This document shows positions 19,891-27,408 of a DNA stretch of 64,000 nt, one piece after another. The position numbers were made by a program, and so were the translations under genes. The DNA is from Chthoniobacterales bacterium (GTDB lineage Bacteria; Verrucomicrobiota; Verrucomicrobiia; Chthoniobacterales; JAFAMB01), in the NCBI GenBank assembly GCA_035601575.1, contig DATNNZ010000051.1:2148-66147 (forward strand), read 5' to 3'. Under the pieces are notes generated by a model that saw only the letters and a program-made list of their open reading frames with translations, was not told the DNA's origin and ran no database searches. Numbering within the stretch: position 1 is the stretch's first letter; each line of letters begins with the position of its first letter.

Positions 19891-21183
19891 ATGCGCAAGT
19901 TTTCGTTGGTGGCTTTGGCGCTACTAGTCTGTTTTAATTTAGCGGTCGGTTACAAAGTCCTGACGAGCAGCGCATCCGCTGAATCGAGCGAGACCGAGTA
20001 CAGCAATCTATCCATCTTTACGCGTGCTCTTCAGCTGGTCCGCCAAGACTACGTCGACGAGAACAAGGTCGCGCTCAAAGACCTCACTTACTCGGCCCTT
20101 CGCGGAATGCTTAACAGCTTGGATCCGCACAGTCAATTCATGGAGCCGACGGACTTCCGGGACATGCAGGATGACACCCGCAGCGAATTTGGCGGTCTAG
20201 GGATCATTGTTTCGACCAAAGATGGAATTATTACCGTCGTTACTCCAATGGAAGATACTCCTGGGTTCCGGGCGGGAATCATGCCGGGAGATGAAATCTT
20301 GCGGATCAACGGAAAGGTGACCGATCGGATGAGCCTGCAAGACGCTCTCAACCAGCTCCGAGGCGAGCCGGGCCAGCGCGTGACGCTCACAATTTATCGC
20401 CCGCCGTCCAAAGAGACGAAGGAATTCAACCTTCAACGTGAAATCATCAAGGTCGCGAGCGTAAAGGATTCGAAAATACTGGATGCAACGGCCACCGGGA
20501 AGTTCAGGATCGGATATCTCCGAATCACTCAATTTAATGAGCCGACTGCGCAAGAGCTGCGGCAACGATTGGACGAACTCCAGGCGAAGGGCATGCAAGC
20601 TCTGATTGTCGATCTCCGAAATAACCCGGGAGGATTGCTCAACAGTGCGGTCGACGTCTGCGCCAATTTTGTTCCTCCCAAGACAATGGTGGTTTACACG
20701 GAAGGTCGCGGAGGGTCGCAACACCGCGAGTATCTCACCGATCGCAATGCTAAGCCGGTCGCAAATTTTCCACTGGTGTTGTTGGTTAATTCGGGCAGCG
20801 CGAGCGGTGCGGAAATCGTTGCCGGGGCGCTGAAGGATCTCAACCGAGCTATCGTCGTGGGAGACACTACGTTCGGCAAAGGCTCTGTTCAGACGGTGAT
20901 CCAGCTGCCGGACGGTTCCGGTTTGCGCCTGACTACTGCTAAATATTACACGCCGAGTCGACAAGTAATCCATCAAAACGGTGTCACTCCAAATATCAAG
21001 GCTTCGCTCACACCGGATCAGGAGAAAGCGCTGGTTTTGCGGCGTCGTGATGGTCCGTTGACCGGGGACGAACAGAAACTGGCGAACGAGCAGCGAGATG
21101 CGCAACTCGACCGCGCAATCGACGCCTTGAAGAGCGTAATGATCTACACTCAGAACGCCGGTAATACAGAGCAGGGACATTGA
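19891..21183 (+). CDS. ctpA: carboxy-terminal processing protease (S41 family)
   Basis: A PDZ segment followed by LIVDLRNNPGGLL and LVNSGSASGAEIVAGALKD. Confidence 0.9.
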   Translation: MRKFSLVALALLVCFNLAVGYKVLTSSASAESSETEYSNLSIFTRALQLVRQDYVDENKVALKDLTYSALRGMLNSLDPHSQFMEPTDFRDMQDDTRSEFGGLGIIVSTKDGIITVVTPMEDTPGFRAGIMPGDEILRINGKVTDRMSLQDALNQLRGEPGQRVTLTIYRPPSKETKEFNLQREIIKVASVKDSKILDATATGKFRIGYLRITQFNEPTAQELRQRLDELQAKGMQALIVDLRNNPGGLLNSAVDVCANFVPPKTMVVYTEGRGGSQHREYLTDRNAKPVANFPLVLLVNSGSASGAEIVAGALKDLNRAIVVGDTTFGKGSVQTVIQLPDGSGLRLTTAKYYTPSRQVIHQNGVTPNIKASLTPDQEKALVLRRRDGPLTGDEQKLANEQRDAQLDRAIDALKSVMIYTQNAGNTEQGH

Positions 21184-21250
21184 TTAAGAAACGCGAAATG
21201 CGGAACGCGGAAACAAGGTATGCAATCTGGAATTCGAGGGACGTAATCGG

Positions 21251-22252
21251 GTGGACGGGCCGCTGGTTCTGGCGATAGAGACTTCATGTGACGAAACCGC
21301 AGTAGCGCTACTACGGAATCGGAATCGACTCCTGGTTTCGAAGATAGCGAGCCAAAGCGCGATCCACGATCGTTACGGCGGTGTCGTCCCGGAGGTCGCG
21401 TCGCGCAATCATCTGGTTAAGCTACCGTCGCTAGTGGAGACCGCTTTGGCCGAAGGGCAAGTTCGATTAACCGATGTCGATTGTGTCGCAGCTACCCGCG
21501 GACCGGGGTTGCTCACTTCTTTACTGGTTGGGTATGCGGCAGCCAAAGGAATCGCGATCGGGCTGCGAAAGCCATTTATCGGGGTCAATCATCTAGAAGC
21601 GCATCTGCTTTCGCCGTTTTTCAACGATCCAGGCGGGCCGCAGCCATCCGTGGGCCTGATCGTCAGCGGTGGTCACACTCAGCTGGTTGCCATGGAGGCG
21701 GTGGGCCAATACCGGATATTAGGTTCCACCCTTGATGACGCAGCCGGTGAGGCGTTCGACAAGGTGGCGAAGCTGTTGGGTCTCCCATACCCAGGCGGAC
21801 CAAGTATCGAGCGCTGCGCCCAACACGGCAATTCCGCCCGTTTTGATCTTCCTCGCAGCATGCTGGGAAGCGGCGATTTCAATTTCAGTTTCAGCGGCCT
21901 GAAGACCGCGGTTCGCTATCTGTTGCCCAAGTTATCTGGGGATTACCAAGCCGACTTGTGTGCTTCCTTCCAGGAAGCGGTGGTCCAAGTCTTGGTCCGG
22001 AAAACGATTGCAGCCGCTAAATCGGTTGCCGTCCAAACCGTGACCGTGAGCGGTGGAGTGAGCGGTAATTTGCGGCTACGTCAGGAGATGGAGCGTGCGG
22101 CGATAGCTGCCGGGATTAATCTACGTTTGGCCGCTCCGGCATTAACGACCGACAATGCCGCGATGATCGCGTTTGTAGCAGGAGAACGTTTCCGATCTGG
22201 ATCATTCACCGCTTGGACCCAAGACGCAGACCCGAATTTGAAGTTGGTCTAA
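21251..22252 (+). CDS. tsaD: tRNA N6-adenosine threonylcarbamoyltransferase
   Basis: VLAIETSCDETAVAL, GVNHLEAHL, and SGGV.N..L motifs. Confidence 0.93.
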   Translation: MDGPLVLAIETSCDETAVALLRNRNRLLVSKIASQSAIHDRYGGVVPEVASRNHLVKLPSLVETALAEGQVRLTDVDCVAATRGPGLLTSLLVGYAAAKGIAIGLRKPFIGVNHLEAHLLSPFFNDPGGPQPSVGLIVSGGHTQLVAMEAVGQYRILGSTLDDAAGEAFDKVAKLLGLPYPGGPSIERCAQHGNSARFDLPRSMLGSGDFNFSFSGLKTAVRYLLPKLSGDYQADLCASFQEAVVQVLVRKTIAAAKSVAVQTVTVSGGVSGNLRLRQEMERAAIAAGINLRLAAPALTTDNAAMIAFVAGERFRSGSFTAWTQDADPNLKLV

Positions 22253-22372
22253 GGCAGCGCGGGCGCGTCCGCCTTCACAAACTTTCGCACCATGATCTTG
22301 CCAATTCGAGCAAAGACTGTCAGGCCGCCAGGCCATCTTGAACCGCACCTTCGGCGCTGCTAAAGGAGAGAC

Positions 22373-23287
22373 GTGACACTTTTGTTGATCGACGGACACT
22401 ATTATGTCTATCGCTCGTTTCATGCGATCCAGACCTTGAACAACTCCCGAGGCGAACCGACGAACGCCATTTACGGATTTGTAAAAACGGTCCGCAAGAT
22501 GATCAAAGATTTGCGGCCGGATCTCGCTGCGGTTTTCTGGGACGAAGGAATGCCGGAAAGAAGAGTTCAATTGCAGCCGGCTTACAAGCAGCAGCGCGAA
22601 GCCATGCCGGAAAAAATGATCCCGCAATTAGACTTCATTCGTTCCTTTGTAGGACCGATGGGAATTAAGTCCGTAGCGCTGCCCAATACGGAAGCAGATG
22701 ATCTAATGGGGTGTTATGTCCTGGCGGCGGCGCAGGATCAGCACGACGTCATTTTGTCGACGAACGATAAAGACCTTTTCCAACTGGTCAGCGACAAAGT
22801 CAAAGTCTACTCAACCAATAAGACGGACCTGAAGCACCCGAAGGACTCGCATGCGCTTCTCGGCGTTGAAGAGGTGACCGAAAAATGGGGAGTGCCCCCA
22901 GCCGGGATCGGCGAGATATTAGCCCTGACCGGAGACTCGGTCGACAATATTCCAGGAGTTGACGGTATTGGCTCGAAGACGGCTTCGGCTCTTATTCGGC
23001 AATTCGGCACTATCCAGAACTTGCTGGACAATCTGAAAGACGTATCCAGCGAAAAGCTGAGGAAACGGTTGGAGGAAAGCCGGACACAGATTTTGCAAAA
23101 TCGCGAGATGGTCAAGCTTGATCTGGACCACGCATTGCCGGTGCCAATCGCGGATCTCAAGATCCAACCGATATACGATGAATATCTCAAAGGACTCGAG
23201 CAGTGCGAATTCAAATCGTTGCTTGATGAAATTCGCGCAGAAGCGGCCAACGCTGCGCGCAGCCAGGGAGAATTGTTCTTTTCCTGA
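22373..23287 (+). CDS. stand-alone 5'-3' exonuclease (Pol I N-terminal/FEN-like)
   Basis: LLLIDGHYYVYRSFHA, EADDLMG, TNDKDLFQLV, and the H3TH motif LTGDSVDNIPGVDGIGSKTA. Confidence 0.88.
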   Translation: MTLLLIDGHYYVYRSFHAIQTLNNSRGEPTNAIYGFVKTVRKMIKDLRPDLAAVFWDEGMPERRVQLQPAYKQQREAMPEKMIPQLDFIRSFVGPMGIKSVALPNTEADDLMGCYVLAAAQDQHDVILSTNDKDLFQLVSDKVKVYSTNKTDLKHPKDSHALLGVEEVTEKWGVPPAGIGEILALTGDSVDNIPGVDGIGSKTASALIRQFGTIQNLLDNLKDVSSEKLRKRLEESRTQILQNREMVKLDLDHALPVPIADLKIQPIYDEYLKGLEQCEFKSLLDEIRAEAANAARSQGELFFS

Positions 23288-23381
23288 TTTAGCTCGCGCA
23301 TGATTTAGGCTAAGGCTCTAGCGAAATGCCAAATCATCAAATGGATGAAAACTCCTTGAATGATTCGTAGGCCTGCTGGTA

Positions 23382-23948
23382 GTGAAGCCAAAAGATAACA
23401 AATCGCGGGCGAGCGTAGGCGTCCTGCTCGGTGCAATTGCTTTCGTGATAGGAGCAATTTTGACCTGGGTCATTCTCACACAATTGTCCGGGCGCTTTCC
23501 AGCCTCTCCGTCGAGAGAAAAAGACGTTCTTCCGGATGTCTCCATGCTCGCTCCGAGCCAAAGCGCGGTGATTCTGGGCAACTGGTATTTCGATCATCAT
23601 GAGTGGGCCAAGGCGACCGAACAGTATCGAAAAGCGATCAGTCTTGGGTTGGACAATGCCGACATTCGTTCCGATCTCGGTAGTGCGCTCCGCTTCAACA
23701 ACCAACTGGAAGCGGCGGCGGCTGAGTACGAAACCGCGCAACGCGAGAACCCAGAGCACGAAAATAGTTTGTTCAACCTGGCAACCCTTTATCTCCAATC
23801 CTTAAATCAGCCCGATCGTGCCGTCGCGGTTCTGGAACAATTCAAAGCCAGGTTTCCCCGCAGCGGAGCGATTCCGCGTGTAGACGAGCTTCTCGAAGAG
23901 GCAAGGAAGAAGGGAGCGGCGGTGTCGCCCACGTCGGGTAACGGCTGA
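23382..23948 (+). CDS. membrane-anchored TPR repeat protein
   Basis: N-terminal TM segment followed by TPR-like repeats (AKATEQYRKAISLGLDNADIRSDLGSAL..). Confidence 0.7.
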   Translation: MKPKDNKSRASVGVLLGAIAFVIGAILTWVILTQLSGRFPASPSREKDVLPDVSMLAPSQSAVILGNWYFDHHEWAKATEQYRKAISLGLDNADIRSDLGSALRFNNQLEAAAAEYETAQRENPEHENSLFNLATLYLQSLNQPDRAVAVLEQFKARFPRSGAIPRVDELLEEARKKGAAVSPTSGNG

Positions 23949-24115
23949 GTACCGGATCAGAATGCAGAATCTCGAATCCAGAAGGTAAGATCTAGGATTT
24001 AGAAGCCAGCGTGGATACTCCTCTGGCAGTTAGGACAAAGCAGTCCGGTAAGCGTTGTGCGCCAACATAGCTAAACGGCGTACTGTGAGCCGCCGCCTTC
24101 ATCTGGCTTACACGC

Positions 24116-24253
24116 TTGGCTCACACATCCTCTCGCTGTCGCTCGACGATGTGCCGCCGTCGCTGCGCTATGGCGCGCCCTAGCCATGCAGTCAAAGAAA
24201 ATCACCAGACCAGCCGCGACGCAGGCTTGGCGGAGTCGGATTTCGCCCTACCT
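24116..24253. repeat. island repeat element, copy 1 (direct repeat of 30805-30942)
   Basis: 24116-24188 is identical to 30805-30877 (73 nt). The next ~61 nt are about 80% identical by eye. It ends in the TCGCCCT motif. Confidence 0.95.
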
Positions 24254-24297
24254 TTCCGCCTGTATCGCCCTACCTTTTCTGCGTGTTTCGCCCTGTC
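24243..24297. promoter_or_regulatory. three iteron-like TCGCCCT(A/G) motifs at 22-23 bp spacing
   Basis: tcgccctacct occurs at 24243 and 24265, and tcgccctgtc at 24288. The same motif recurs at 26339, 26380 and 30932. Confidence 0.45.
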
Positions 24298-24326
24298 GGG
24301 GCGTGCTACAATCGTCCTTCCCGTTT

Positions 24327-26186
24327 CTAAAGCCACCGTCTCCAGAATGGGTACCAGGAGGGCGTGTTTCCATCCGCATCGACCGGATGGATTCGTCTCT
24401 TGCGATAGCCTTTTTCGCAATGTTTGACGATCGCCGTGAATTTGGGCAGCGACATCAATTCGAACGGTTTAATCAGATATTCCTCTTCGCGGGTACGAGT
24501 TGTACTGTGGCTACCACGGCCGCGAGTGTAGGATCGTTTCCAGATCATTCGTTTTCCGATGAAATCAGCGGAGCTTTCCGCACACGCCCGGTCGGCCGCC
24601 TTGAAAATGATACGGTTTCGTAAATTAAGAATAGTGACTTCCGCTTTTTCCTTCGATCCGAGGGCCGGCAGAAATGAAAGTTTCGATTGCGCCGCAAGCA
24701 CTGTGGTCGTCTGCGCCTGGCGAATAACATCGACATTGCCGTCTGATTCAGTAATGAAACGTTGAGCTTCGTCTTGCCAGCAAACCAAGAGGTTATCGTC
24801 TTCGAATTTCCGGCTTCCAGGTGGCCGTGGATCGAACCGGCGCAAAGCGTGAGTATAAAAAAGGAGTTTGAGAATCGTGGTGATATAGCGGCGTTCGGTC
24901 TGATATTTCTGGGGCAAGGAGACGCAGATGATGGCGCCTTCATCCAAAGCCGCAAATTCAAAACTATTCTCCTCCGCACCGAATACTTCGCTAATCTCAG
25001 GATTGGTGAAGTAATTAAGATAATTGTAGATCGTCGAAATCACGCCCCCGAGCTGTTCCGCCGGTTGATGCAAAAACCCGTTCAGGAAATGATCGTAACA
25101 TTCGCGAGCGTCCGGATTACCTGCATTCTTTAGCGGTTCCAGTTGTTGAAGCATCGCCCTGAGCACCGGTTGATACTGCAGCATTTCCAGGAGGTGGTGC
25201 ATTGTTGGCACCAGCCCGAGCAGCCGAAAAAATTGGATTCCTCGTCCGATATTCGCGTGGGCCTGGGTTTTGAAAAAACCCTTATCTTCGGTGCCAGAGG
25301 TCAGAGATGAGGCGGTATCAACAATGACGGTTGCATAAGTCGACCATGGTATCGTTTCATCGGAGAGGAGATTAAAGCGGGTCGGCGGGGTCCAATCTTC
25401 AGATACGCGATCCGGTCTGGTTTGCAGAAGTAACAGATCCTGTTCGCGTCCGTATCTCTTAGCCATCTTCACCAGCGTTTCGTGATAAATTCCCTTCTCA
25501 TCACAACAGAGACCTCCCCAGTCTGGCTCATTCCGAAAGACGCTGTGGAGCAGAGCATTGATGGCAAACGTTTTTCCAGCGCCGGTATCGCCGGTCACAA
25601 GCCAGCCACGGCAGAAATCGTTTCGATCCCAATGAAAACCGGCCAATGAAGCGGAGATTGAAGTGCGAGAGCGTCCGGCCGCGGAGTAGAAGGCGAGGGG
25701 TAGACTAACCAGGATCGGAGCGATGCTGGCCCAGCCAATGATCGGGTAAAAAAACCAGCTGAAACTAAGTAGTATGCCCGCGAGCAGCAAGACCGTGGGC
25801 GAGAACAAAAAGTCGAATCGTTCCCTTTGGCGTTCCGCGTCGATCCAGCGCCGTGCTCGATCGACTGCCCGAAAGAGCGACGTCTCGCTCGCGACGTAAC
25901 GACGCACATAGCAAAGCGTGCCGCCAAAGCGAATCTGCAGAAGAAAACGAGGAAGCGCGATTGTCCCCGTATCGCCGGACCGGACGAGCGGAAACAAAGG
26001 CTTTGCGCGAATCTGAAAGCCTGACCGTTGATCGACCTCGACAAAGGCGGTTCCGGGCGAGTAGTTAGGCAGCCGCAGGATGGTCCCGTCGGGTCGACGA
26101 TAAGAAAGCGGATCGGGAAGCTCGGAATTGACGAAGCGTTCAGAGCGCTGGAAAGGATTCCCAGTAGTTTTCGCGCTTTCCCACAT
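24327..26186 (-). CDS. type IV secretion coupling protein-like P-loop ATPase (TraD/TraG/VirD4-like) with an extra N-terminal domain
   Basis: Walker A VTGDTGAGKTF and Walker B LLVCWQDEAQRF. Two TM segments precede the ATPase, after a soluble stretch of roughly 130-160 aa (depending on which start is used). The track ORF starts at 26273; I prefer MWESAKTTGNPF at 26186 because it aligns with the truncated paralogue. Confidence 0.6.
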   Translation of the reverse strand: MWESAKTTGNPFQRSERFVNSELPDPLSYRRPDGTILRLPNYSPGTAFVEVDQRSGFQIRAKPLFPLVRSGDTGTIALPRFLLQIRFGGTLCYVRRYVASETSLFRAVDRARRWIDAERQRERFDFLFSPTVLLLAGILLSFSWFFYPIIGWASIAPILVSLPLAFYSAAGRSRTSISASLAGFHWDRNDFCRGWLVTGDTGAGKTFAINALLHSVFRNEPDWGGLCCDEKGIYHETLVKMAKRYGREQDLLLLQTRPDRVSEDWTPPTRFNLLSDETIPWSTYATVIVDTASSLTSGTEDKGFFKTQAHANIGRGIQFFRLLGLVPTMHHLLEMLQYQPVLRAMLQQLEPLKNAGNPDARECYDHFLNGFLHQPAEQLGGVISTIYNYLNYFTNPEISEVFGAEENSFEFAALDEGAIICVSLPQKYQTERRYITTILKLLFYTHALRRFDPRPPGSRKFEDDNLLVCWQDEAQRFITESDGNVDVIRQAQTTTVLAAQSKLSFLPALGSKEKAEVTILNLRNRIIFKAADRACAESSADFIGKRMIWKRSYTRGRGSHSTTRTREEEYLIKPFELMSLPKFTAIVKHCEKGYRKRRIHPVDADGNTPSWYPFWRRWL

Positions 26187-26300
26187 GGAGGAAACAGTAG
26201 TCGATTGACATATAATAACAAGCCAAAAGATAGTTGCGTAATATTTACCCTGGTTGCGACCGATGGAGTCCACGTGTCGCTCAAAATCCGGGGAGGTGCC

Positions 26301-26349
26301 GGCTCACACAGCTTTCCCGCTTTCGCTCGAGCTGTGTGTCGCCCTACCT
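26301..26349. repeat. island repeat element, copy 2 (short, degenerate)
   Basis: ggctcacaca..cgctttcgctcga..tcgccctacct shares both ends of the 24116 and 30805 element but lacks the middle. It lies about 115 nt upstream of the coupling-protein start. Confidence 0.6.
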
Positions 26350-26399
26350 ATCGTGCTTCCACCGCGCGCTGCTGACTGGTCGCCCTCAGCTAGTTCTGG

Positions 26400-27386
26400 T
26401 TACTGGACCTTTAGTTCTGTTACAAAAGACTCTTCACCTTTGGCAAATGCGATCCAAACCGAGTGCGTCTTCGGGTCGACGGCGAGCGTGTGGGTGCCGG
26501 CCGGAGTCGCAACGTCGCCGAGCGATTTTGCGGCTTCCTCGGTTTCTTCCAAGACGGTGAGCTTTCCTTGTCCGGAGGCACAGTAGATACGCTGGTTTCC
26601 GGGATCGAACGCGATCTGATCCACTCCTTCGGCGATATCGACTGAACCCAGCGATTTTCCAGAAACAGAGTCCAATACAACCAGTTTACCGTTTTTTCCG
26701 GCGGAAAACAGCCGATGGGTTTTCGGATTGAAGGCTAAGCCGTGAGGGCCCTGGGCTGGGATTGTTGACCAGGTAGCCGCGACCGAATTTGGTCCGGGGT
26801 CAATGACCAGCGTGACCGGTTGAGACTTGATGTTCTGAAACACCTTGTCACTGATCGGATCGTAGACAACGAACTCCGGATCGGCTGGAATTTTGATGGC
26901 GGTGACGATTTTTTTGGTGCTTGGATCAACGACCCAAAGGTCTTGTCCATCGTCATGGCAAACGTAAACCAATCCATTCTTTGGGTTATAGGCGAGCGCA
27001 TCGGCTGGTCCAGGTAACGAGACCGTGCCGGTTATCTCGAGAGTCTGACGATTAATAATCGCGAGCTTATGCTCGGCGCTGATACTGGCGTAGTACTGGT
27101 TGTGATCGTTATCGACCACGGCTCCCTGGATCGTACCGGTACTCACGCTCTTGATCAGCTTTCCATCCGGAAGACTGATGATATCCAAGGTTTTGTTGCC
27201 AGTGTGAGCGGCCAAAAGGCGATTCAATTTTTCATCGACTTGCAGGTAATCAAATCTTCCCTTGGTTCCGGGCAAAGCAATTGGCTGACCGAGAGTTAAT
27301 GGTGCGGGCTCAGCCAAAAGTGCTGTTGGCAAAGAGAGCACGAAAACCGCGATGGAAAAGCAAGCGCTTGTAAGGTTCGTTTTCAT
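26400..27386 (-). CDS. secreted YVTN/YncE-like seven-bladed beta-propeller protein
   Basis: Signal peptide and repeated ~40-aa blades (..G..P.G.A.D......YV.....). It begins 22 nt downstream of the TonB-dependent receptor. Confidence 0.7.
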   Translation of the reverse strand: MKTNLTSACFSIAVFVLSLPTALLAEPAPLTLGQPIALPGTKGRFDYLQVDEKLNRLLAAHTGNKTLDIISLPDGKLIKSVSTGTIQGAVVDNDHNQYYASISAEHKLAIINRQTLEITGTVSLPGPADALAYNPKNGLVYVCHDDGQDLWVVDPSTKKIVTAIKIPADPEFVVYDPISDKVFQNIKSQPVTLVIDPGPNSVAATWSTIPAQGPHGLAFNPKTHRLFSAGKNGKLVVLDSVSGKSLGSVDIAEGVDQIAFDPGNQRIYCASGQGKLTVLEETEEAAKSLGDVATPAGTHTLAVDPKTHSVWIAFAKGEESFVTELKVQ

Positions 27387-27408
27387 GATGATGTAGTTCG
27401 ACCGAGTA

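Noticed and set aside
20197-21180. Long antisense ORFs inside well-supported genes: 20197-21180 (ctpA), 52138-52917 (murE/murF), 58838-59515 (murG), 63146-63832 (ftsA), 17093-17650 (clpP), 18662-19279 (clpX), 25595-26284 (alternative frame of the ATPase) and 38673-39314 (TPR).
   Set aside because: Each overlaps a gene with clear family motifs. Their translations are low-complexity and Arg/Ser-rich, which is typical of shadow ORFs in moderately GC-rich DNA.
23949-24115. Search for att-type direct repeats or a tRNA at the outer island edges (23949-24115 versus 32866-32975 and 33324-33393).
   Set aside because: No shared word longer than about 6 nt was found by eye, so no integration site can be claimed.
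24074-24186. Small Arg/Ala-rich minus-strand ORF inside the island repeat (MARARHSAATAAHRRATARGCVSQ...), also present at 30787-30876.
   Set aside because: The two copies share only the part encoded by the identical 73-nt core and then diverge to different ends. The composition looks like a GC-rich non-coding frame. I treat the conservation as nucleotide-level, not protein-level.
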